A stretch of DNA of 56,099 nucleotides from Myxococcota bacterium (GTDB lineage: Bacteria > Myxococcota > JACRCW01). This document shows, in pieces, positions 38,774 to 48,082 of this stretch. The notes under the pieces were generated by a model that did not search any database, had not been told where the DNA came from, and worked only from the letters and a program-made list of their open reading frames with translations. The position numbers and the translations under genes were made by a program. The stretch is taken from contig JBFMGU010000033.1 in the NCBI GenBank assembly GCA_040752415.1, forward strand, positions 1-56,099, given 5' to 3'. Numbering within the stretch: position 1 is the first letter of the stretch; each line of letters begins with the position of its first letter.

Positions 38774-40507
38774 ATGCTCCGACCCGCCTTCGCCTGCTTC
38801 GTTCTCCTGCTCCCCCTCCTTTCCTGTGGCACCTCCCGCAGCGCGTCATCCTCCGGAGAGGGTGGTGGTGACGTCGAGGAATTCATCCGCCTCACCGGCG
38901 TGGGGCAGATGTGCGACAAGCTGCCCGCCGCGCTGCAGTCCTCCCGCGACAAGGCCTCCTCCATCGTCTCCAAGCAGGGCCTGGCCTGGTTTGACGGGTG
39001 GGCCAGCACGCAGTTCAAGCCGGAGAAGCTGCGCGAACACGTGCGCCAGTACGTGACCGACCACACCGACGCCACGCACCTTGCCGCGTCCTTGCAGGCG
39101 TTGCGCACGCCGCTCTTCCAACGCATCCAGGCCCTGGGTAGCGACCAGAGTCCGCAGCGCATTGCGCAGGTGCAGCGCGCGCTCAAGAACCCCACGCCGG
39201 TGCCGCCGGAGCGGCAGGCGCTCATCGACAGGTTGGTGGCCGCGGACCACACCATGGCGTTGGCCTCGGAGGTGGGCGTGGGCAGCGCGCGGCTGCTCCT
39301 GATTGTGCGGTGGGCGGAGCAACTGGGCGTGTCGTCGTACGTGCGGCGCGCCGCGGACCAGGACGCGCGGGAGATCATGGGTGAGCAGTTCGCGAACATG
39401 GAGAAGGTGCTGCCCACGGTGATGCGGGTGACGCTGGAGGAGATCAGCACCGCCGACCTGGAACGCTACGTCACCTTCCAGGAATCCCCCGACGGAAAAT
39501 GGCTCGCGGAGACGCGCAACGGCGCGGTGGTGCACATGCTCGCGCAGCTGGACCACTCGCTGGTGCAATACCTCCGCAACCAGCCCGGGGTCCCGTGGGA
39601 CACCAGCGGCCTGCGCGCCGCATTGCCCCGCACCACCGCGTGCACCGACGTGGCGGCGTGCCAGGAGCAGTGTCGCAATGGCGCGGGCGCGGCGTGTCTG
39701 GGCGCGGCGGCGGCCGTCGACACCGGGCTGGCCGGCCTCCCCGACCCCGAGAAGGCGCTCCCGCTCTATGAGCGCGCGTGTGAGCTGGGTCAGGCCACCG
39801 GGTGCGTGCGCGCGGGTGTGGCACGGGTGGAAGGTCGGGGCGCCAAGGCGGAGCCCGCGCGGGCGCGTCCGCTCTTTGAGCGCGCGTGTCAATCCGGTGA
39901 TGCCTATGGCTGCGCGAACGTGGCGCGAATGATGGTGGTGGAGGCCAAGACGGCGCAGGAGCGGGCCAAGGGTGTGGAGCTGCTGCGCGCGCAGTGCCAC
40001 GACGACGTGGTGGCCGGCTGCACCGGCGTGGCGTGGAGCCTGGTGGAGGGTGTTGCGGTGAAGGCGGATGTGCCCGAGGCGCTGCGCGTCATGGAGCGCG
40101 CGTGCAACGCCGGCGACCTCAACGGCTGTCGCTACCTGGCCTCCGCGTATCACTTCGGCTGGGACGACGTGAAACAGGACCATCCGCGGGCCATGGAGAT
40201 CTACATCCGCGCCTGCAACTCCGACGACCAGACCGCCTGCAACAACTACGCGGACATGCTGGAGAACGGTCAGGGCTCGCCGCAGGACATCCCCAAGGCG
40301 CTGGAGATCTATGAGCGCGCCTGCAACCGCGGAGAGCCCATGGGCTGCGTGAGCATTGGCGCGCTGTACCAGGAGGGGAAGGGCGTGGAGAAGAACCACC
40401 TCAAGGCCGCGCAGATGTATGAACGCGCCTGTCGCGACGGACAGCGCACCGGCTGCATGCTGCTCACGAAGATGCGCGGCAGCGAGGACGACGCCGGCGA
40501 GGAATGA
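38774..40507 (+). CDS. Sel1-like repeat lipoprotein
   Basis: LLSC lipobox and ~7 A..LYERAC..G....C repeats. Confidence 0.85.
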   Translation: MLRPAFACFVLLLPLLSCGTSRSASSSGEGGGDVEEFIRLTGVGQMCDKLPAALQSSRDKASSIVSKQGLAWFDGWASTQFKPEKLREHVRQYVTDHTDATHLAASLQALRTPLFQRIQALGSDQSPQRIAQVQRALKNPTPVPPERQALIDRLVAADHTMALASEVGVGSARLLLIVRWAEQLGVSSYVRRAADQDAREIMGEQFANMEKVLPTVMRVTLEEISTADLERYVTFQESPDGKWLAETRNGAVVHMLAQLDHSLVQYLRNQPGVPWDTSGLRAALPRTTACTDVAACQEQCRNGAGAACLGAAAAVDTGLAGLPDPEKALPLYERACELGQATGCVRAGVARVEGRGAKAEPARARPLFERACQSGDAYGCANVARMMVVEAKTAQERAKGVELLRAQCHDDVVAGCTGVAWSLVEGVAVKADVPEALRVMERACNAGDLNGCRYLASAYHFGWDDVKQDHPRAMEIYIRACNSDDQTACNNYADMLENGQGSPQDIPKALEIYERACNRGEPMGCVSIGALYQEGKGVEKNHLKAAQMYERACRDGQRTGCMLLTKMRGSEDDAGEE

Positions 40508-41410
40508 TCAGGCCGGTGGCGGCCCCAGCGGGCGGTCCCGCAGCGCGTCCAGGACCATGTCGCGGAACGCGGTGACCTTGCGCGGTACGTGGCGCGCCGC
40601 CGGCGTCACGATCCACAGCGACGTCATGGAGGTGTGCCAGCGGGGGAGCACGTTGACCAGCGCGCCGGTGGTGACGTCGGACTCAGCCAGGAAGCGCGGC
40701 AACAGTCCCACCCCCGCGCCGGTGCGCACGGACTCCCGGACGAAAAACATGTCATCCGCCATCACGCGCCCGTGCAGGTCGATCACCGCGGAGCCGGTGG
40801 GTCCCTCCAGCCGCAGCCGTCCCAGGGAACGAAACACCACGAAGCTGTGCTCCTCGAGGTCACGCGGGGTGCGGGGCGTGCCACGTCGCGCCAGGTAGCT
40901 GGGGGAGGCGTACAGCTGCATGGCCAGTGGTCCCACGCTGCGCGCCATGAGCGTGGAGTCCTTGAGGCGGTGCCGGGAGATGCGCAGCGCCACGTCAAAG
41001 CCGCCGCCCACCAGGTCCACCAGCTCACTGCTCAGGCTCAGCTCCACCTGCACCGCCGGGTAACGCGCCACGAAACGCGTCACCACCTCCGCCAGCACGG
41101 TCACCCCCCAATCCACCGTCGCCGTCACGCGCAGCCGGCCCGAGGGCTCCTCCTCCAGCTCGGGCAGGTCGCGCAGGGACTGCTGCAGGCTGGCCAGCTG
41201 CGGCGCCACCCGCTCATACAACGCCGCGCCCGCCGTGCTGAGCGCCACGTGGCGGGTGCTGCGGTGGAGCAGTCGCACGCCCATGGTGGATTCCAGCGCG
41301 GAGATGCGGCGGCTCACCGACGACTTGGGCAGCCGCAGCCGCCGCGCCGCCTCCGAGAAGCTTGCCGTCTCCGCCACCGTCACGAACGCCGCCAGCAGGT
41401 TCAGGTCCAT
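40508..41410 (-). CDS. LysR family transcriptional regulator (CrgA-like)
   Basis: MDLNLLAAF..VAETASFSEAARRL...SSVSRRISALE..MGVRLLHRSTR HTH, and DLVGGGFDVALR. Confidence 0.93.
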   Translation of the reverse strand: MDLNLLAAFVTVAETASFSEAARRLRLPKSSVSRRISALESTMGVRLLHRSTRHVALSTAGAALYERVAPQLASLQQSLRDLPELEEEPSGRLRVTATVDWGVTVLAEVVTRFVARYPAVQVELSLSSELVDLVGGGFDVALRISRHRLKDSTLMARSVGPLAMQLYASPSYLARRGTPRTPRDLEEHSFVVFRSLGRLRLEGPTGSAVIDLHGRVMADDMFFVRESVRTGAGVGLLPRFLAESDVTTGALVNVLPRWHTSMTSLWIVTPAARHVPRKVTAFRDMVLDALRDRPLGPPPA

Positions 41411-41468
41411 TGTTGCTCCATTGGAACATTGATTTGCCATGCCGTCATCTTGTTGCCCACCCTGCAAC
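41411..41468. promoter_or_regulatory. Two LysR-type T-N11-A boxes in the divergent promoter
   Basis: TGTTGCTCCATTGGAACA (41411-41428) and GTTGC-N7-GCAAC (41452-41468). Confidence 0.55.
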
Positions 41469-41526
41469 GCCACATATTCGCCGCATCACCACGGTTGCGC
41501 GGGCAACCATCGCGAGGAGAGCGGAC

Positions 41527-42420
41527 ATGGCAAGCGGGAAGCGGACGTTGCTGGTGAGTGGGGCTTCGGGTCACCTGGGTCGTCGGGCGGTGGAGCTGTT
41601 GCTGGAGGCCAAGGCGGGAACCATTGTGGCCACCACGCGCACGCCGGAGAAGCTGAAGGACCTGGCGGCGCGCGGTGTGGTGGTGAAACAGGCGGACTTC
41701 GAGAACACCGCGGCCATGGTGGCGGCGCTCCAGGGCGTGGACCGCATGCTGCTCATCAGCACCGACGCGCTGGATCGTCCCGGCCGTCGCCTGGAGCAGC
41801 ACCGCGCGGGCATCGACGCCGCGGTGAAGGCGGGCGTGCGTCACGTCGTGTACACCTCGCTGGTGAACCCGGGCGCGGACTCCCCCATCACCATTGCGCC
41901 GGACCACCGCGGCACGGAGGAGGCGCTGGCCAGCACCACGCTCAGCTACACCGTGCTGCGCAACAACCTCTACGCGGACTACCTCTTGAACTCGCTGCCG
42001 CGCGCGGTGGCGACGGGCGCGCTGGTGGCCGCGGCGGGAGCGGGCGCCATCTCGTACGTGACGCGGGAGGACTGCGCGCGTGCCGCCGCCGCCGCGCTGG
42101 CCTCCGACCGCACCGACCGCGCCACGCTGGACATCACCGGTCCCGCCGGGGTCTCGCACGAGCAGCTGGCGAAGCTGGCGACGGAGCTGACCGGCCGCAA
42201 GGTGGCCTACCAGCCCATTCCCGCGGAGGCGCTGCGCGCGGGCCTGGCGCAGGCGGGATTGCCCCCGATGATCGCGGACATGCTGGTCTCCTTCGACGTG
42301 GCCGCCGCGCAGGGGAAGCTCTCGGTGGTGAGCAACGCGGTGCAGGAGCTGACCGGTCGCGCGCCCTCGAGCGTGGCGGAGTACCTGCAGGGCCAGCGCG
42401 CCGCGCTCACCGCGCAGTGA
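41527..42420 (+). CDS. NmrA-like atypical SDR / NAD(P)H:quinone oxidoreductase (YtfG/QorB-like)
   Basis: GAGGAG RBS, SGASGHLG, VVYTS, YTVLRNNLY. Divergent from the LysR gene. Confidence 0.88.
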   Translation: MASGKRTLLVSGASGHLGRRAVELLLEAKAGTIVATTRTPEKLKDLAARGVVVKQADFENTAAMVAALQGVDRMLLISTDALDRPGRRLEQHRAGIDAAVKAGVRHVVYTSLVNPGADSPITIAPDHRGTEEALASTTLSYTVLRNNLYADYLLNSLPRAVATGALVAAAGAGAISYVTREDCARAAAAALASDRTDRATLDITGPAGVSHEQLAKLATELTGRKVAYQPIPAEALRAGLAQAGLPPMIADMLVSFDVAAAQGKLSVVSNAVQELTGRAPSSVAEYLQGQRAALTAQ

Positions 42421-42442
42421 CGGGAATCCCGTCGAGGACGTT

Positions 42443-42775
42443 GTGCATGAGCTGAAGCGTCCCTGGCCAACCCGGTCACGAGGCGGGAAAGCGGGACGCG
42501 TCCTGGAGTGCGGTGCGCTGCTGGGAGCCCGCGTGCGTGAGCTCAAGCTCCTCGGCTCCCGCGCCCGCGGGGAGGGACACGCCAGCAGCGACCTGGACAT
42601 CCTGGTTCTCGTCGACGGACTGACGCGCGAGGAACGCGGGCGCATCCTGGACCTTTCCGCGGACGTCGAGCTGGACACGCGCCTGGTGCTGTCACCGGTG
42701 GTGGTGGCGACGGAGCGCTGGGACACCCAGGGCCCGCTGGCGCGGAACGTGGCGCAGGACGGGGTGTCGTTGTGA
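42443..42775 (+). CDS. Minimal nucleotidyltransferase (MNT) antitoxin-like protein, atypical N-terminus
   Basis: LLGSRARGE...SDLDILV is the GSX10DXD motif. Overlaps the HEPN gene (GTGA). Confidence 0.7.
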   Translation: MHELKRPWPTRSRGGKAGRVLECGALLGARVRELKLLGSRARGEGHASSDLDILVLVDGLTREERGRILDLSADVELDTRLVLSPVVVATERWDTQGPLARNVAQDGVSL

Positions 42776-43161
42776 ATCCGGTCCACGGTGCTTCCGCCAC
42801 GCAGGAGCTGGCCAAGGCGGAACAGATGCTGGGCGCCGCCCGGGTCCTCATGCAGGCGGGTTACGCCGACAGCGCCGTCTCGCGCGCCTGCTATGCAGTG
42901 TTCCACGCCGCCTGCGCCCTGTTGGCCAGCGTGGGACGCGTGACCCGCTCCCACGACGGAGTGCGCTCCCTGGTGGTCGAGCACTTCATCCGTCCTGGCA
43001 AGCTGGAGGCCCGCTTCGCCCGCATCCTCTCGCGCATGGGCGCGGACCGGAACGACGCGGACTACGACGCGGTGGGCTTCTTCACGACGGAGGACGCCGC
43101 GCAGGACATCCAGCACGCCGAGGAATTCCTCGCCGCGGTGAAGTCGCTCCTCACGCCCTGA
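42772..43161 (+). CDS. HEPN domain protein
   Basis: AVSRACYAVFHA, RSHDGV, RNDADYD. Paired with the MNT gene. Confidence 0.8.
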   Translation: MNPVHGASATQELAKAEQMLGAARVLMQAGYADSAVSRACYAVFHAACALLASVGRVTRSHDGVRSLVVEHFIRPGKLEARFARILSRMGADRNDADYDAVGFFTTEDAAQDIQHAEEFLAAVKSLLTP

Positions 43162-43176
43162 GCCGTCAGGACCTCA

Positions 43177-43497
43177 GGGCTGCGTCAGAACGAATTGTGC
43201 ATTCGTCGTGGCCGGCGAACACCCCCCACGTTCATGCCGTTGGGCTCGCTCGCCCCCCTTCCCCAGTACCGTTTTACGTCGTCACCGAGCCGGGGAAGGG
43301 GGGCAATAGATGGGCACAGCAGCCCTCGTTCCGACGAGAAAATGCCCCTATGCCAATGCGTGCCCCCCTTCCCCGCAGCGGTTGACGACGGTGAAGCGGG
43401 TGTGGGGAAGGGGGGCGAGCGAGCCCAACGGCATGAACGCGGGGGGGTTAGGTGTTCGCCCGCCACGCCGAATGGACAATTTGTCTGACGCAATCCC
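43177..43497. mobile_element. MITE-like element, copy 3 (same ends, different interior)
   Basis: TCA|GGGCTGCGTCAGA...TCTGACGCAATCCC|TCA, where the right TCA is the asnS stop. Perfect 37-bp internal inverted repeat (43229-43265 / 43403-43439). Confidence 0.82.
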
Positions 43498-44832
43498 TCA
43501 CGGACGCAGGCGGTCCATGGTGCGCGCGAACGGGATGGTCTCCCGCACGTGGTGCAGGCCGCACATCCACGCCACGGTGCGCTCCACGCCCAGACCAAAG
43601 CCCGCATGCGGACACCCGCCCCAGCGACGGAGATCGAGGTACCACTCGAACGCCTCCCGCGGCAGACCGTGGCGGTCGATCTCCTTGAGCAGCAGCTCCA
43701 GGGACTCCTCACGACACCCGCCGCCAATCACCTCGCCGTAGCCCTCGGGCGCCAGCACGTCGACACACAGCGCGCGCGTGGGATTCGCGGGGTCCTTCTT
43801 CATGTAGAAGGCCTTCACCTCCGCGGGGTAGCGGTGGACCATGATGGGACGGTCGTAGCGCTTGGTGAGCTCGGTCTCGTGCGGGCTGCCCAGGTCGCTG
43901 CCCTCGGGGAGCTCCAAGAGCTTCTTCAGCTCCTCGTCCTGCGTCTCGGCGCGGATCTGCGCAATCTGCTTCACCGCCTCGTCGTAGGAGATGCGCGGGA
44001 AGGGCTTCTGGATGCGCTTCAGCGGCTCCACGTCGCGCTCCAGGATCTCCTTCAGCTCCTTCTCGTGCTTCTCCAGCACGCGCGCGGCAATGGTGCACAG
44101 GAGGTCCTCCGCCAGCTCCATGTCCTCTTCCAGCGTCATGAAGGCCACCTCCGGCTCCACCATCCAGAACTCGGTCAGGTGACGACGCGTCTTGCTCTTC
44201 TCCGCGCGGAAGGTGGGACCAAAGCAGTAGGTCTTGCCAAACGCCATGGCCGCCGCCTCCTGGTAGAGCTGGCCGCTCTGCGTCAGGTAGGCCTTCTCGT
44301 CGAAGTAGTTGGTCTCGAAGAGCGTGGTGGTGCCCTCGCACGCGTTGGGCGTGAAGATGGGGCTGTCCACCAGCACGAAGTCGCGGCTGTCGAAGAAGTC
44401 GCGGATGGCCTTGATGATGGTGTGGCGCACCCTGAGGATGGCGAACTGGCGCATGGAGCGCAGCCACAGGTGGCGGTTGTCCATGAGGAACGCGTCGCCG
44501 TGCTCCTTCTTGGTGATGGGGTAGTCCACCGCGTTGCTGACCGCCTGCACGTCCTTGAGCACCAGCTCGTAGCCGCAGAAGGGCGCGCGCGGCTCCTTCT
44601 TCACCGTGCCCGTGACGACGACCGCGCTCTCCTGCCCCAGCTTGCTGGCCGCCTCGAACTGCTCCGGCGGGATGTCCTGCTTGCCGGCAACGCCCTGGAT
44701 GAAGCCCGAGCCGTCACGGATCTGCAGGAAGTGGATCTTCCCCGACGAGCGGCGGTTGTACAGCCAGCCCTTCACCGTGACTTCCTTGCCTTCGTACTCA
44801 CCGATGTGACCAATGCGGACCGCTTGCGCCAT
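43498..44832 (-). CDS. asnS: Asparagine--tRNA ligase
   Basis: OB-fold N-terminus ([22 protein letters not shown]), [34 protein letters not shown], and motif 3 GFGLGVER. Confidence 0.95.
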   Translation of the reverse strand: MAQAVRIGHIGEYEGKEVTVKGWLYNRRSSGKIHFLQIRDGSGFIQGVAGKQDIPPEQFEAASKLGQESAVVVTGTVKKEPRAPFCGYELVLKDVQAVSNAVDYPITKKEHGDAFLMDNRHLWLRSMRQFAILRVRHTIIKAIRDFFDSRDFVLVDSPIFTPNACEGTTTLFETNYFDEKAYLTQSGQLYQEAAAMAFGKTYCFGPTFRAEKSKTRRHLTEFWMVEPEVAFMTLEEDMELAEDLLCTIAARVLEKHEKELKEILERDVEPLKRIQKPFPRISYDEAVKQIAQIRAETQDEELKKLLELPEGSDLGSPHETELTKRYDRPIMVHRYPAEVKAFYMKKDPANPTRALCVDVLAPEGYGEVIGGGCREESLELLLKEIDRHGLPREAFEWYLDLRRWGGCPHAGFGLGVERTVAWMCGLHHVRETIPFARTMDRLRP

Positions 44833-44928
44833 TGCCCAATGCCTCCGTGACGAGGGGCGCCATCTAGCAGAGATGACAGGCGGAAGCACGGGCCCGTCCC
44901 GGAGCGCGCGCGTGCTAGCCTCCCCGTC

Positions 44929-46578
44929 ATGGGTGGCCTGCGTGCCGTGGTGGGGACGGTGCTGATCGCTGGCGCTGTGCTTGCGCCCGCGGCCTGCACG
45001 GAGTGCAGCACCAACGAGGTGCGGGACGGCAACCGCTGCATCCGCACCTGCAACGCCGACGCCGACTGCGCCGCCGAGCAGATCTGCGAGTCGGGCCGCT
45101 GCCGGGACGGCACCCGGGAGCCACGCGGCAGCGCCTCGTCCTCCGGCGCGGCCTCCGCCACGGCGTCGTCGTCATCCAGCGCCGGGGGCACGTCCTCCTC
45201 GTCGTCCTCTGCCTCCAGCAGCAGCGCGTCCTCGTCGTCAACCAGCACGGGCGGGGGCACCAGCAGCTCCACCAGCTCCACCAGCTCGTCGAGCGCGAGC
45301 AACGCCAGCAGCACAACCACGAGCAGCGCCGCGGTGGCCACCAGCAGCAGCTCGTCGGGGGCCCCGGACGCCGGTCCGGAGGAGCTGCTCTTTGTCGACG
45401 ACACCGCCGACGAGTTCAACCAGGGCCAGCTTGGCAACGCCACCGTCTACGTCGTCGACGCCCTGACGCTGGCCAACGGGAGCACCACCGGCATCTACAC
45501 CTCGCGCGTCTTCCCGGTGGCGCACGCCGACGCGCGCAACACCCTGGCCTGGACCCCCGCCGCGCCGTACGGGAAGGACATCCCCACCGGCGCCAACGTC
45601 ACGGAGGTGGGCGCCTACGTCGAGGGCGGGCTGGACCCCACGGGTCTGACGCTGCTGCTGCACTTCAATCGCCCGGAAGGCACGGTGCTCTCCGACGCGG
45701 ACACCTTCTCCGACGACACCGGGCGCGGCCACGTGGTGCAGATGGTGGACCTCAATCCACCGGACAACAGCAGCTACACCGCCGGCAGGCTGCAGCAGGG
45801 CGTCCACCTCAAGCGGGAAGACTACCTGCGCCTGGTGGACTCCGACGTGGACGACGACTTTGCCTTTGGCACCGGCGAGTTCACCTGGGCCATCTGGGTG
45901 CGCATCACCGACTGCGCGCTGAGCGAGGACAACGCGGTGGCCATGGGCGGGGAGGACCCGCACGTGTGGATTGGCGCGCTGTGTCCCACCGGCACCGCGC
46001 ACTGGCAGGTCAACGACGACACCGGCGCCGGCGTGGGCGCGGTGGGACCGGTGATCGTCGACGGGCAGTGGCACCACCTGGTGGGCATCAAGCGCAACAG
46101 CCCCAACCGCGCCCTGCTCTACGTGGACGGAGCTTTCGCCGCGACGGTGGATCACGACTGGGGAACGTTCAGCGCCTTCACCAAGGAGATCTTCCTCGGC
46201 AACTTCCCCATCGGCTCCGGGCCCGGGTACAACTACCAGTCCGAGCTCGAGGTGGACGAGGCCGCCATCTTCAAGCGCCGCCTCACCGTGGCGGAGATCC
46301 GCCAGCTCCACCAGCGCGGCGCGCTCCGCCTGGGCCTGCAGGTCCGCAACTGCCTGGACGCGGCGTGCAGCACCGACGCCACCTGGCTGGGCCCCGACGG
46401 CACGGACGCCACCCGCTTCGGTGAGCCCACCCCTGCCACCGTCGACGCGCCCGCCCCGGTGATGCTCCCCACCGCCATCACCGGGCCCTACGTGCAGTAC
46501 CGCGTGATCCTGGAGTCGGACGCGCCGGGCTACGCTCCGCGCCTGCTGCAGACCCGCCTCAACCTCGTGGCGCGCTGA
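44929..46578 (+). CDS. Lipoprotein with Cys-rich N-terminus, Ser-rich linker and LamG-like jellyroll
   Basis: PAAC lipobox, poly-Ser linker, and LamG motifs FTWAIWV...DGQWHHLVG...LYVDG...[13 protein letters not shown]. Confidence 0.85.
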   Translation: MGGLRAVVGTVLIAGAVLAPAACTECSTNEVRDGNRCIRTCNADADCAAEQICESGRCRDGTREPRGSASSSGAASATASSSSSAGGTSSSSSSASSSSASSSSTSTGGGTSSSTSSTSSSSASNASSTTTSSAAVATSSSSSGAPDAGPEELLFVDDTADEFNQGQLGNATVYVVDALTLANGSTTGIYTSRVFPVAHADARNTLAWTPAAPYGKDIPTGANVTEVGAYVEGGLDPTGLTLLLHFNRPEGTVLSDADTFSDDTGRGHVVQMVDLNPPDNSSYTAGRLQQGVHLKREDYLRLVDSDVDDDFAFGTGEFTWAIWVRITDCALSEDNAVAMGGEDPHVWIGALCPTGTAHWQVNDDTGAGVGAVGPVIVDGQWHHLVGIKRNSPNRALLYVDGAFAATVDHDWGTFSAFTKEIFLGNFPIGSGPGYNYQSELEVDEAAIFKRRLTVAEIRQLHQRGALRLGLQVRNCLDAACSTDATWLGPDGTDATRFGEPTPATVDAPAPVMLPTAITGPYVQYRVILESDAPGYAPRLLQTRLNLVAR

Positions 46579-46608
46579 ACCCTCCCTCCACGCTGCCCCC
46601 AGGGCCGC

Positions 46609-46980
46609 TCAGGCCGCTTCCGCCAGCCACGCGTCAGCCTCGGTCTCGTCGGAGAAGCGGCGCAGGATGCGGTCCGTCCCGCTCTCCCGCGCAATGCGGT
46701 TGAGCTGCAGCGCGGTGACGTTGCTGTTCACCACCTCCGCCACCCGCACCACGCCGCTCTGCAGCCCGAACGCCTGGATCTGGCGCAGCAGCTCGGCCAC
46801 GTTGGGGGCCACCGGGCGGAACTCGCGCACGTCGGCGCGGATGCGGATGCACCGGCCCGCCAGCGCCTGCGTGGCAATCCGCAGCTCGCTCACAAACGCC
46901 ACCATCTCCGTCATGTGGATCAGGCCCCGCAGGGACAGGGAAACCACCGCACGCTCATGATCAATGTGGATGCTGTACAT
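46609..46980 (-). CDS. STAS/SEC14-like small alpha/beta protein
   Basis: ATG 46980 with a GGAG RBS. DVREFRP...RVAEVV...RRFSDETEADAWL. Confidence 0.7.
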   Translation of the reverse strand: MYSIHIDHERAVVSLSLRGLIHMTEMVAFVSELRIATQALAGRCIRIRADVREFRPVAPNVAELLRQIQAFGLQSGVVRVAEVVNSNVTALQLNRIARESGTDRILRRFSDETEADAWLAEAA

Positions 46981-47214
46981 GGTTGCTCCACGCGGCCACA
47001 CCGCGCGACCGCGACAACGCAACCCACGAGCAGCACGTGTGCCATCCCCACGCCCCGGGCAGGCCGCTCCACGACGAGGGTGACGCCCCGCACAAGTCCC
47101 GGCCGCGGCGCGGCGGGCACACGTGTCGCCACTGCCAGGGCGGAAGCGCGGAGCCCTCGGAAAACTGACGGGCCGGCGGTGACGCGGGTCACGCGCCCGG
47201 CAGTGTCGTCGTCA

Positions 47215-47521
47215 GGGGCTGCGTCAGAACAAGATTCCCAGCGGGATTGCAGACGTCGTGCGCGGGCCACGACCTGGCGTGCGGCGGGCCCTGGCCGCCC
47301 TGGTCAGCGCTGAGTGCGTTCTCAACGTGTGGAACGGTGCTCGACCTGGTCGCGACGGGGCGTCGACGCCTCCGCGACCGTCGACCGCTGACGAGGGTGC
47401 CACCCGCTCGGCGCTGGCCAGGGCGGCGAGGGCCCGCCGCACTCCAGGTCGTGGCCCGCTCGAGATTCTCACGGAGCCAATGGGCATGGACCCCATGGGC
47501 ATCTTGCTCTGACGCAGCCCC
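47215..47521. mobile_element. MITE-like element, copy 4 (best preserved)
   Basis: TCA|GGGGCTGCGTCAGAACAAGAT...ATCTTGCTCTGACGCAGCCCC|TCA: 21-bp TIR with 1 mismatch and a 3-bp duplication. Carries the same 37-bp internal inverted repeat as copy 2. Confidence 0.88.
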
Positions 47522-48022
47522 TCAGCCCGCGGAGCTGGCGCTGAAACCGCCGTCCACCCAGCGCATGGCGGAGGTGAGGTTGAGCTTGAAGTCGGGGCGC
47601 ACGCGCAGCCGCGCCAGCTCGTGACCAGCGGCATTCCAGGCTGTGAGCACCGCGTGCGGGTCGTCCTCGTCCGGGATGATGTCCAGGTCCACGCGCACCC
47701 GCCCGCCGATCAGCGACTCCACCGTGACGCTGCGGTGCAACGCCGCCTTGCGCTGGTTCTCCGCCCGCGTCAGCACCTCGGTGGCGGTCTTCACCAGCGT
47801 GAGGAACGCGGCCTGGTCCAGCGGCTTGGGGTTCTTCTTGTCCCGCCCCATGGTCCAGGGCCCCACCAGGGCCGGCTCGCTGTCGCCCACGCGGGTCATC
47901 TCCACCGCCCAGCCGTCGTCATCCTCGTTCTTGATCACACGCGCGGTCCAGCCCTGGCGACGCCACAGCCGCGGCTCCATCACGTCCGTCGCGCCCGGGC
48001 CCTCCGTTGTCATTCCCGTCAT
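47522..48022 (-). CDS. Hypothetical protein
   Basis: AAGGAGG RBS before ATG 48022 and coding-like codon usage. Contains VIKNEDDDGWAVEM...GPWTMGRDKKNPKPLD. Confidence 0.75.
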   Translation of the reverse strand: MTGMTTEGPGATDVMEPRLWRRQGWTARVIKNEDDDGWAVEMTRVGDSEPALVGPWTMGRDKKNPKPLDQAAFLTLVKTATEVLTRAENQRKAALHRSVTVESLIGGRVRVDLDIIPDEDDPHAVLTAWNAAGHELARLRVRPDFKLNLTSAMRWVDGGFSASSAG

Positions 48023-48082
48023 CGGTGCACCTCCTTGGAGACTGAACAGATGTTCATACCCAAGGAGTGCGCCGGGTCGCAA

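Noticed and set aside
43185..43741. Short ORFs inside MITE copies (also near 18886-19208 and 47224-47634)
   Set aside because: They lie in palindromic repeat DNA and show no transposase motifs or coding bias.
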